Source of the DNA: Rhizaria sp. SCN 62-66
Lineage: Eukaryota
DNA length: 64,000 bases
Direction of reading: 5' to 3'
NCBI GenBank assembly: GCA_001724265.1
Contig: MEDY01000220.1
Location: 1-64,000 of the forward strand
The stretch's first letter is position 1. Every line of letters begins with the position of its first letter. The notes under the pieces are model-generated. The model saw only the letters and a program-made list of their open reading frames with translations. It made no database searches and was not told the origin of the DNA. A program made the translations under genes and the position numbers. Shown piece by piece: positions 1-10,707 of the stretch.

Positions 1-611
1 GCTTTGACGATTATTTCACAGAGATTTCTATTGTGGAAGTTACCTGCCGAAAACTGCGTTTTTGGCGTTTTTTAGTTGACGCTACATAGGGGTTACAGAG
101 TTTTAGTGCGATAGTAGTGCGAGATTTAATGTTATGTAACACAGCTACGACGACCTCAGACAAACAGCTTCGTACAATGCAGCATATATCTAAGATACAC
201 GGACGCATACAGTGGGCTTATTGTGTTGTGTTGTATTGTTTCATTGAGTGTCAGTCGGCCATCGTCATAATCGGTGTCGCTGTGTCAGATCAGACGAGAA
301 ACAGTCGTATTAATCTGACTGACAGAGAGGATCACTCAATCACAGTTATCAGTCTAAGTACTGTACAGTTTAGACAGACACGCGGTAGACTCAACAGAGC
401 CAATCTAAGTGGTACTTCTAGACATCTACATCTACATTTCTCTTAAAACGAACTTAAGGTATTAGGCCTAGTACGGAGACAGCTGCATTTTACGGATACA
501 GCTGCATTTTCAGCATTGTGGGTGCTGTGGGTGGGGTTTCATTCAGTCCTCCCAACCGCTGGAAGGGCACTGAGATTCATTGGGATCAGATAAGAGCCCG
601 AGGATAGGCCC

Positions 612-1161
612 TTAGAAGAGGCCGGCGAAGGCGTCGTTGGCGGGCGCCTGGGGCTTGGAGCCCGCGGCGGCGGGCAGCTGCTGCGCGTGGCCATAGCCGC
701 CCATCATGCCCATGCCACCGCCCATGCCGCCACCGCTCATCATCATCTGCTGCTGGGGCTGGCCGTAGCCGCCGCCGTAGCCGCCCATGCCGCCGCCCAT
801 CATCATGCCGTTGCCGCCGCCGTAGCCGCCCATGCCCATGCCGCCCACCATGGGGGCACCGAGAGGACGCAGCTGCTGCTGCTGCATCTGCTGGTGGCCG
901 TACCCCATGCCCATGCCCATGCCCATGCCGCCGCTGTTCATCATCGGGTTCGGGGAGCCCATGCCCATCATGCCCATGCCGGCGCCGGTGCCGTTCATCG
1001 GGCCCGTCATGCCGTTCATGTTCAGGCCGCCGCTGCCGCCACCGCCGTTGCTGTTGTTGCCGCCGCCGCTGGTGTTGCTGTACATGTTCATGATCGCGTC
1101 GGCAGGGTTCACGGGCGTGTTGGAAAGGTTCGCGAAGGGGTCCGCAGACGCAGCCTGCTGC

Positions 1162-1197
<36 letters not shown>

Positions 1198-2497
1198 GCG
1201 CGCTGCTGCTGCATCATCATCTGCTGCTGCTGCTGTTGCTGCTGCTGCATCATCATCATCTGCTGCTGCTGCGGAGTGACGCCGTAAGGCGAGCCCATGG
1301 GGTTGCCCATGGCCATCGGCGTGCCCATCGGGGTGCCCATAGGGGTACCCATGCCGCCCATGCCGCCGCCGCCCATCATCATCTGCTGCTGCGGCGGCGC
1401 GTGGTGCTGCTGCTGCTTGGCAAAGAGCAGGTCTAGCGCGCTCATCCCACTCTGCTGTTGCTGCGGGGGCTGCAGCGACTGCACACCACCGTGGCCATGG
1501 CCGCTGAGCTGCTGCTGGCCGCCGGGGTGACCGCCGGCGGGCGACGCGGCGCCGGAGGCCACCGAGGGCGTCTCGGGCGCGAAAAAGGCCGAAAAGTCGT
1601 CCGCGGCCGTGGCCGAGACGTTGTTCGAGCCGCCGATGGTGTCAAGAATCGCGAAGGGGTCCTGCGGCACGGCCGACGCGGGCGGCACGGGCGCCGCGTG
1701 GTTGGCGCGCACAGCAACCAGGCCGGTGCGAGTAGACGCTGCGGCGGGCGCGGCGGGCGAGGCGGCAGCGGCGGCGACGGGAGGGGGCGGGACCGCGGCG
1801 GGCGTGTTGCCGAGCTGGGCTTGGCGTTCCTGGCGGCGGCGCTCCTTGCGCAGACGCTCGGCCTGGGTGAGAGAGCAAAAGGCAGGAGATTCGTGGTATG
1901 TGATGTGAGATGAGTGAATGATGACGGGACTACATGCGACAGGTCAACAATAAAATAATTGAGGTATGATAGTTATATGAACAACGAGTGCGATTACGGA
2001 TGTTAAGCGCAATGACGAACCTCTTCCTCGTTGACAGCACTGCCGTGGGCGGCGTTGGAGTTGCTGGAGCCGGCGTGGGCGTGGGCGGCGGCGAGTGCCT
2101 CCTCGGGGGTGCCCTTGGCCTTCCAGACGCCGCGGACGTACTTGTCGCGGATGAACTGCTCCGTCTCGTACGTGCCCGTGTTCTCCGTCGGCTTGCGCGC
2201 GCCGGGCTTGGTGTGCTCCCAATAGGCGTTCGCGCGCTCGTTGCCCCACTCCTCGAGCGTCGAGACCCACTTGTCGTTCCACGTGTCGAGCGTGGTCGAA
2301 CGCACCATCGAGATGTGCACGCCCAGGTTACGGTGGATGCCCGAACAGCGGATGCAGAAGAACATGCCGAGGTTGACTGATGCCCACTGCGGCTGGCGCT
2401 GGCCGCACTCTGCGCAGGTCTTGTTTTCAGGCAGACGCAGCAGCGCGTTGAGGCGGCGCTTGAGCTTCTCCTGGTCCTTCTCGTTAACGCGACTCAT
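612..2497 (-). CDS. ArfGAP (SMAP/AGD5-like), ~575 aa; exons 2497-2021 and 1862-612; ends TAA
   Basis: N-terminal ArfGAP zinc finger CAECGQRQPQWASVNLGMFFCIRCSGIHRNLGVHISMVRSTTLDTW...FIRDKY. A GTTCGT...CAG intron (2020-1863) joins in frame to a long Gln/Gly/Met-rich tail with DPF motifs. Confidence 0.92.
1155..1272 (-). repeat. Coding (CAG)n/(ATG)n microsatellites encoding poly-Gln/Met in the ArfGAP tail
   Basis: Runs of ctg and cat triplets on the + strand. Confidence 0.9.
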
Positions 2498-3307
2498 GGC
2501 GGAGAGAAAACGGGCGGTACGGGGGAGCCGGGTGTGTGCGGGGAGCTGGAACGGGTTCGGACAGGGGCGAGAGCAGGCAGGCCTAGGCGGGCGAGGCGGT
2601 GCTGCGTTTGAGTAACCACAAGGAGTAGGGAAAACAGAGATTAGACACGTACAGAGAAAGCTTGTTACACAACACGCGCTGGTTTTAGAAATATGTCATC
2701 ACGGATAATCTAAAATGCATTAAAAAATGTGCCCCAACACTTTGTTTAAGAACGATATTGAAGAGTGAAGGTGAATCCAGCGAGGTCACCAGAGGAGGGC
2801 CTCGGCCGATCGGTTTCGCGGCGTTGCGAGAGCCATATCAGCGACAAATAGTGCCATCAAGCGAAAGATATACACAAAAAACAACGTTGTTGCTATATGC
2901 ATTGGATTGAATGCCTTAGACAGTGTCTTTCATGAGATATGCTTCGTGCAAGATAGCCACGTCGACCTCGACCGCGAGGCCGCCACAGCTCTGACCGACT
3001 GATCTAACCCAACGGTTCGTAAAAATAAGCGCTGGGTGAAGAAGCTGGCTTCAATGAGGTCCGTTACTCGGGATTGCAAAGTCGCCCAGGACACCGGCAG
3101 TTCGTCAATGAAGGATTTAGTTGAAAGTGGTCAATAATCATATACTATATTTCACATATCATATTTTGACTTTTCAAAAGCACCCACACCTAGCTTAAAC
3201 AGCGCCTTAACGTACCCTCTGCATCGCCTCTTCCCAACGTTCTCTGACTTGTTCCGTGCACACCTGATTTGTCCCCATTCCTTGCTCCGGCTTAGTTTCT
3301 TGCGCCC

Positions 3308-4468
3308 ATGTTTGGCATGATGGGTGACTCCAAGAAGAAGCGCGGCGGCAAAAAGGACGACGTCGTCGTCGTGGCCGCCGACGAGATCCACTCGAAGCTC
3401 AGCGGCGAGGAGGCGCGCCGCTGCCGTAACCTCTTCAAGACCTTCGACCAGGACGGACGCGTACGTTCATCTTCTTCGCTATATGTGCTCCCCCCAGTTG
3501 CAGCACATATATTCTGACACACTCATATTACGTTTATTCTGCCATGCGCTTGTTACATGTACATACCACTTCGCCCCATTCACTCACTCTCTACCTGCTT
3601 GATGATGTATGATGCTAACACTTTCTTGCTTTCCCCGTCTCCTCCCGCTCGCGCCCAACTCCCGCTTTACGCCCACAGGACACCGTCGACGCCTGGGAGC
3701 TCCGCCTTGCCCTCGAGGCCTTCGGGCTGCGCCCCACGGACGCGGACATCGACCTCCTGGTCGAGGACCTCGCCGTGCCCGTGCCCGTCGCTGCGCCCTC
3801 GCAGCTGCCCGAGCAGCCCAACCCCAGCGACGACCAGGCCTTCACCGAGACCACGATGCGGTACGTTCAAACACGAACGCACTTGCCACATGTTAATTGT
3901 TTTCTTGCTCTTCTCTTTCTAGCTCAGCTGTCTGTATTTGCAATGCAGCGCTGGATGTTGACGACCACTCACCACTCCTTCTATGTTCTTGTTTTCAATT
4001 TCATTGCATTCTGCTGTTCACTTCGCTCTCTGCAGGCTCGACTTCTCTCAGTTCCTGCGCGCTGTGCAGCGCCAGAAGCGCACCGAGCACGTGCGCACAT
4101 ACAAGGAGGCCGACATCGTGGGCGCCTTCACCGCTGTTGGCGGCAACGCCGACAAGAGCGGTAGCGTCAGCCTCGTCAACCTGCAGAAGATCCTTAAGGT
4201 ACGGCACGACTCGCGATCTCCACTGCGCACTACATGGACAACCAACGACTCCCATTTGCTGTGAGATAAACTGTGATCGACCGGGGCGCAAGCTGTCATA
4301 ATCTTACTCTTATCATATATATTCAATCCATTTTTGTTTCATCTTTTGTTGCTATTTTAGGACGACTTTGGCCTGACCCTGCGCTTTGACGAGCTGATCG
4401 ACGAGCTTGATTCGGACGATAAGGACATTGATTTCATGCAGTTCGCGTCGCTTTTCGGCTCGAACTAA
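3308..4468 (+). CDS. EF-hand Ca-binding protein resembling flagellar outer-arm dynein light chain LC4, ~201 aa; exons 3308-3460, 3679-3860, 4036-4198, 4361-4468; ends TAA
   Basis: Spliced product has EF-hand FKTFDQDGR|DTVDAWELRLAL and EADIVGAFTAVGGNADKSGSVS...IDFMQFASLF, resembling (from memory) Chlamydomonas LC4 EADTLDAFVALGGNLDRTG. All three GT-AG introns keep frame. Confidence 0.75.
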
Positions 4469-5483
4469 GTCACACACCATGTTGGTTGAACGCCACAGCC
4501 GTCGGCGCTTCTACTTGATATTACAAGTCCAAGTCATGCGAGAGTCGGAAGAGAGCATCGCTTGCCTTGCTTTGGTGCGATTGCAAGATGGTATTTCATC
4601 AACTGTGACTGCGGCTTTGTTAGTTAGTGCGTGCAAGTGAGTGTGGAAGGGAATGTTTGTGTGAATGAGTAGTGAATATCATCTTATTTTAGGCTCGTGT
4701 CCCATCTGCTTTTCTCCTTTTTTTGTCTCTTTTGTTATCTAAAGCATGTGTTTATGTGGAATTAATCACATGCGTTAGTCCTTTACTTAGTCTCCTTTTA
4801 TACTGAGTCAGTAATAGACCTTTTCTATCACTGACTACTGTCTTTTTTGTCAGTTTAATATGATCACACCGAGCAGACACTTCGATCGTGCTGCAAAGTC
4901 GTGTTCTTCCAAAAAAATACAGAATACGCATTGGAAATTTGCATCGTTGTCTCGTGCTGACTCTTCACACAGTTAAAGCACAACAATCTTTGTATTTTGC
5001 ATATATTTCCATTGTCTAGTCAATCTGAGTTGCGGACAAATTGCAACAACAAAATTGTTCATGGGTAGTTTTGTTACTCGGAACACCGCACTTGATAACA
5101 TGATCGAAAGTGCTTCAAATCAGCCAGTCACTACCCCTATTACAAACAACGCCACATTGTGCACTAGCGCAGCGTTTCTCGTCGTACAAGACACACATAC
5201 ACATACATGTACAAACAGCACACAGCTTGAACAAAAGAAAACGTTGAAAAACGAAAAGTCAAACAAGGAATCAAAGAATATAAACACTGACTAAGAATAC
5301 ACTGCTTCGACCAATGACATTGCAAACAATCACACAACAAGGCATAACGTGCTTTCTGGTTGCACATATTCTTTGCAAGTCATTTGGCTCGAGGCAACAG
5401 ACATACGGACTTGAATATCAACTATAACCTTCACCAACATCAAACTCGACATCTTCCTTCCGTCCCAGCCCAGTCGTCCGCGC

Positions 5484-8400
5484 TTAGATGGCCATGTCGC
5501 TGGTGATGTACGTCACATCGTCGCAGCGGTACAGCGGCTGCTTGAGGCGGGTCTGGTCGATCCAGTGGCCGACGAAGCCGATGGAGCGGCCGACAACGAA
5601 GAGGCCGTTAAGCACGCCCATCTCAATGTACTCGTCCGCCTCCTCCTTGGTGAAGGAGCCGCAGTTGCGCAGCAAGTCCACGAACACGGCCGCGATCGCG
5701 CCGTCGACGTTGAGGATGAGGTTGGACTTCTTCTTTGTCGTAAGCAGCTCGACCTACCAAGAGAAAAGAAAAAAGCAGGGGGAAGTGAAAGAGTGGTTGT
5801 GAGTCAACATCGAGTCAAGAGTCAAATAAATAAAGTGAACAAAAGGGGATGATACACAAAATAATTTCAGTTTGATGTTTTATCTGCATACCTGGCAGGC
5901 GAGGTCAAAGACAGGGTGCACGGGGACCTTGTCCTTGATGAACTGCTTGAGCAGCGCGACGCGCGCGTCGGGGTCCTCGAGGGACTTGACCTTGTGGCCG
6001 ATGCCGGGGATGAGCTCCTTCTTCTTGCGCATGTCCTCAATGAAGTCGTTGGCGCTCAGCCCGGCGTCGACAGCAGCGGCAAAGCGGCGCGCGGCGTCGT
6101 CAAGCGCGCCGCCGAAGCGGGGGCCGATGGTGAGGAGGCCGGAACAGAGGGACGAGATGAGGTCCTTGCCGGCGCGCGCGGCGACGATGGTGTTGTGCGC
6201 GCCCGACACGGCGGGGCCGTGGTCCGCGGTGAGCTGCAGCACCATCGTCAGGAAGTCGTTGAAGTGCTGCGGCAGCTGGCGGCGGAACCAAAGCAGGCCG
6301 ATGACGCCGCCGATGCCCATGTCGGACTTGAGCACCTCGCTAATGCGCGTGCCGGCGTACGTCAGCTCGTCGCCACGCTCGTCCGAGATGGTCGAGATGA
6401 ACGCCGCGGGCTTACGCACGAGCCCCAGCTTGGCGGCCCACGCGTAGTCGACTGGGATCGCGGGCGGCGCAACCTCGCGGCGGGGCTTGATCACGCCCTT
6501 GGCCACGAGCCCGGTGTAGGTGTCGCGGATGAGCGAGCCAATGGCGTCGAACGTCTCAGGCACCAGCGCGCCCGCCGCGCGCAGGGCGGCGTTCTTGGCG
6601 TCAGCCGTCTCGGCGCTGGCGCCCGCGCACGCACCCGCGTGGCCGAACTGGACGTCGAAGGGGAAGTATTTGGCGCACGTGCCGAGGCACCAGCCGATGA
6701 GCGGCTTGGTGATCTCGCCGGCCTTGAGCATGCGGCACACCTCGTACTCCTCGACGCCGCCGACCTCGCCCAGCAGCACGAGCGCCTTGACGCCCGGGTC
6801 CGCCTCGAAGCGGCGCAGGTGGTCCACGAACGTGGTGCCCGGGAAGCGGTCACCGCCGATGGCGATGCCCTCGTAGACGCCATCGCTGTTCTGCGAGCAG
6901 ATGTTGTTCATCTCGTTGCTCAGCCCGCCCGAGCGCGTGACGTAAGCGATAGAGCCGCGGCGGTAGAGCTTGCTGGCGACAAGATTGTCGAGCATGCCGC
7001 CCGCGTTGCCGATGCGGAAGCACCCGGGCTTGAGCCCACCCACAGTGGCGGGGCCGATAAGCGTGACGCCGCGGCGGCGCGCCATGGCAAGCAGCTGGCG
7101 CGCGCGCAGCTCGGGCACGCCCTCGGCGATGATGGCCAGCGTGCGGATCTGCGGCGCGCGCAGCACCTCGACGCTCGTCTCGTAGGCCGAGCGGAAGGAC
7201 GCGAAGTTGACCACGGTGTCGACGCGGGGGAACTTGGCGAGCGCGAAGTCGAGCGACTGCAGGCACGGCAGCAGGATCTCCTTGGCGTTCCAGTAGAACT
7301 TCTGGTAGTGGTTCTGCTGGAAAGGGTACACGAGACACGCCACCGAGGGCTCCTTGCGGCCGCAGATAAAGTCGAAGTCGAGCATGTTCTGCACGGCGCC
7401 CAGCTGCAGCCCGTACACGATGGCCTGCGTGTCCGGCGTGAAGAGCGGGCGACTGGCGCCGGTGGCGCTCGCGGCAGCCACGCGCTGGAGGTCTTGCTCG
7501 CGTCGGACGTCGGCCTTGGCCTCGGCGGCGGCCTCGGCGCTGCGCGCGGCGACGGTGTCGGGGTCCGTCAGCGCCTCCTGCGAGCTGACGCGCTGCAGGG
7601 CGCTGAGCCCGGTGGTCTCAACCGAGGGCGTCTCGGTCAGCGGGCGCGCCAGGCACTCGGCGGCGGAGCGCAGGCCGAGCGCGAGGGGCACGATGCTGGT
7701 CATCGGCATCTCGGGGCCGTACACGGAGCAGTCCAGCTCCAGCTCGGCCGTGCGCTCGCGCATCAGGCGCAGGCCCTCCTGCCAGTTGGGGCCCGCGCGA
7801 CGCACGAAGAGCTTGACACCCATCTCGTTGAGCTTGGGCGCGAACTCGGCCAGTGCCTTGAGGATGCCCTTAAAGGTCGCAGCAACGTCGGTGAAGTTGG
7901 CGATGCCGCCGCCGATGATGAGCACCTTGTCCTCGCCGCGCGGGTGCGGGCGGCGCGTCAACAGCGACAGGATCGTCTTGGCGTAGTCGTACGTCTGGCC
8001 CGTGGTGGGAGCGCCGGAATACTCGCCATAGTTGGCCAGCTCGGCGCCGAAGCCCAGGTCGGCGACGGTGTCGGCGTAGGCCACCGAGGCGCCGCCGCCG
8101 GCGACCATGAGCCACACGCGTCCGTCGGGGTTGAGCACGGTGAGCTTGAGCGAGGCGCCCGTCTTGCCGTCGATGTCGCGCACGAACTGCTCCTCGGCCG
8201 ACGCGCTCTTGCCGAAGGGCGGCGGGAACGAGACCTGCAGCCACGACTTGGCGCACTCGAAGTGGGCCGCCTCGTCGAGCTTGGCGGCAAGGTCGAGCAC
8301 GGACACGCCCGCGTCGGTGACAACGAGCGGGTTCACCTCGAGGTACGCGAACTGGAGCTTGCGGAAAATGGACAGTAGCTCGCTGATGAACACAGAGGCG

Positions 8401-9418
8401 TGCTTGCGCTGCGCCTCGGACATTGCACCCTCGGGAACCTGCGACAGCAGCGACGCCGAGACGGCCTCAGGGGTCGCGCGCGGCACCAGCACGGCGTTGG
8501 CAGCCTTGGCGGCGGCCACGGTCTCGGCCGCGGGCGCGACAGCGGCGGCGGCAGACTCGGCGCCGGCGGGGTGGGCATCGTCGGCGGTCTCAACGGGCAC
8601 AAGCATGCGCACGGCCTTGGCGTCAACGTCGCCGATGTCGACGCCGCCCGCGTGGGTAAAGTAGACCATGTCGCCCTCGCGCACGGACTGGACGCAGATG
8701 TACATCTCGTCCTTCTGCGAGTGCGGCAGGAACGGCTCGATGATGAAGCAGCCCACGGTGCCCGTGACGCCGTCCACGGTCACGTCCTGGCCACGGTGAG
8801 ACGCCAGCCAGGTGCGCGCGGTGTCCCAGTCGACGTTGAGGAGCAGGAGACCGGACTTGCCACGACGCTTGATCAAAACGTCGGGCTTGACCACGAGCTA
8901 AGCAAGTGGGGGTAAAATGCAAAATCAGCACGTTGACAAGAGAGATAATAGGGTTAGGAAAGACAAATAAGTGTTGGACATGCAGAACAAAGCAAAATTG
9001 AACATACTTGAAAATTGTGTCGAGCAGTGAATGCCTTGTTGTTTGATGCACTGAGATATGCTAATGGAAGAGAAGGAGTGACGAACCTTGGTGGTAGCAA
9101 GCCAGGGGTGCTGGACATGAAGCTCGTCGAGGTTGGTGTCCATAGTAACCTGGGCAAAGTCGTGGCGAAGGTAGCTAGCAGCCGCCTTAGACTGGACAAG
9201 CCAGTGCGAAAGGATGCGCTTGCCATCGTACCTGTAGGGCCAGGGACGGGAGTTCAGCAAGAGAGAGGGTCAGAGATAAGATGCGGGAATTTCAATGCAT
9301 AAAAAGCATTCTGCGGCAAATGAAGCAGGCTGAACGAGAGATCAAACTTAAACAAAGTTCATAGTAACACGTATGCATCGAGTATATGGACGTACTCACG
9401 AAGGGCACGCTGCGACAT
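5484..9418 (-). CDS. ACLY: ATP-citrate lyase, single fused polypeptide, ~1147 aa; exons 9418-9396, 9231-9087, 8897-5892, 5753-5484; ends TAA
   Basis: [12 protein letters not shown] start, [50 protein letters not shown], catalytic [27 protein letters not shown]. Introns are GT-AG and in frame. Confidence 0.97.
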
Positions 9419-10707
9419 TTAGGCAAAGGCCGCTCTGTGACGGTCAAACGACACGCGAGATTGTGGGGCAAAAGCGGGTTCAGGGAATCAAGTTGTGTGA
9501 GCGCCATACGACGATCCAACGCAGACAATTATATCCCCAACAAGTTTTCAAGCAGGTTCATCTTAGACAATCAAAATCAATCTAAACAATCCGTGTAAAC
9601 ACCTCCAATAAGGCTAGACTTTCTGCTACCAAGCTCGGGTCGAGGAAGCGTGGCGCCACACGCCGACCCGAGATTTTCGCGCCGTTCCAAGCGCCAACGG
9701 CTCTCAGTCACGTTTTCCCATCACGAACGCATAGTCCCACTTAATCACATTTGATCGATTTAAATTTAATATTTGTGCAACATTTAAGTGTTATAACATA
9801 CAATCGCATCTATTTTTTAAGTTGTTCACGAGGTTCTGTGCGTGAGATCGCAGAATCGCAATCTTCCATGTGATGTGCATAAAGTGTCCCCTCGGCGCTC
9901 AGCGATTGCTCGATTGTAAATTGAAGTGTATTATATTCATGAGTTATGTCAGTGCCACCATGCCGACACTTGCGGAGCATCAGTGGTCGCACAGTCACAT
10001 TCCTATCGAGTATCGATAGTATCATTATCATCAGATGTCATCAGCATCATTGTCGAAGTTTTTTTTGTTGTTGATTGTTGACATTATTCTTAAAACACAC
10101 AAGACAAACATGCTTCCACAGTCTAAGTATCCAAGATCCTTAGCCTGAGACAAAAAGCAGTGTTTGTTGTCTCATGTAATTGTAGTTACATTAACAGCTC
10201 TTACTTCAGTAAAATGCAATGTACTACTCTCTTGTCACTCTAACAGTTTGGGTGAACAAGAAAATTCCCAAAGAAACAATCACCGACTTGCTTCGTACGA
10301 ACTCTTCATATACAAAGCACGCGCGCTGTCTCATAAATTGCAAAAATTATTACTCTGCTGCTACAACTTGAACTCGCAGTAGCACGTTCACGACTCAGAC
10401 TGTTCTTCAACCCGCACTTGCATTGCGAAGCTAAGGCGACACCACACCACTAGCGGCTCATCTTCGCAGCAAGTACACGCGAATCACAGGAACTGAACGT
10501 GTAAACGACATGCGAATGACTTATAACAGCATTGTAAATCCAAAATTCCCAAAGTTTTCTAAACATAAAAAAATGCTTTAAGGGTGTGACTATTTGTTGT
10601 TGCGACTAATTTTAGTCCGAACAAAAAAACACTCATTTCAGCATAAATGAAATTGATTCAGACTCGTCAAAAAGAAGCTGGGCTGCTCTTGTGAGCTCGC
10701 TGACACG

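Noticed and set aside
11-446. Short ORFs in AT-richer spacers (also 5055-5367, 9810-10382, 25090-26019, 28418-28744, 53710-54211)
   Set aside because: No codon bias or motifs; consistent with UTR and intergenic sequence.
472-510. 19-bp near-perfect duplication (TACGGAgACAGCTGCATTT x2), and (CTT)7 at ~54149-54170
   Set aside because: Ordinary slippage repeats in UTR or intergenic DNA, with no TIR/TSD structure or transposase.
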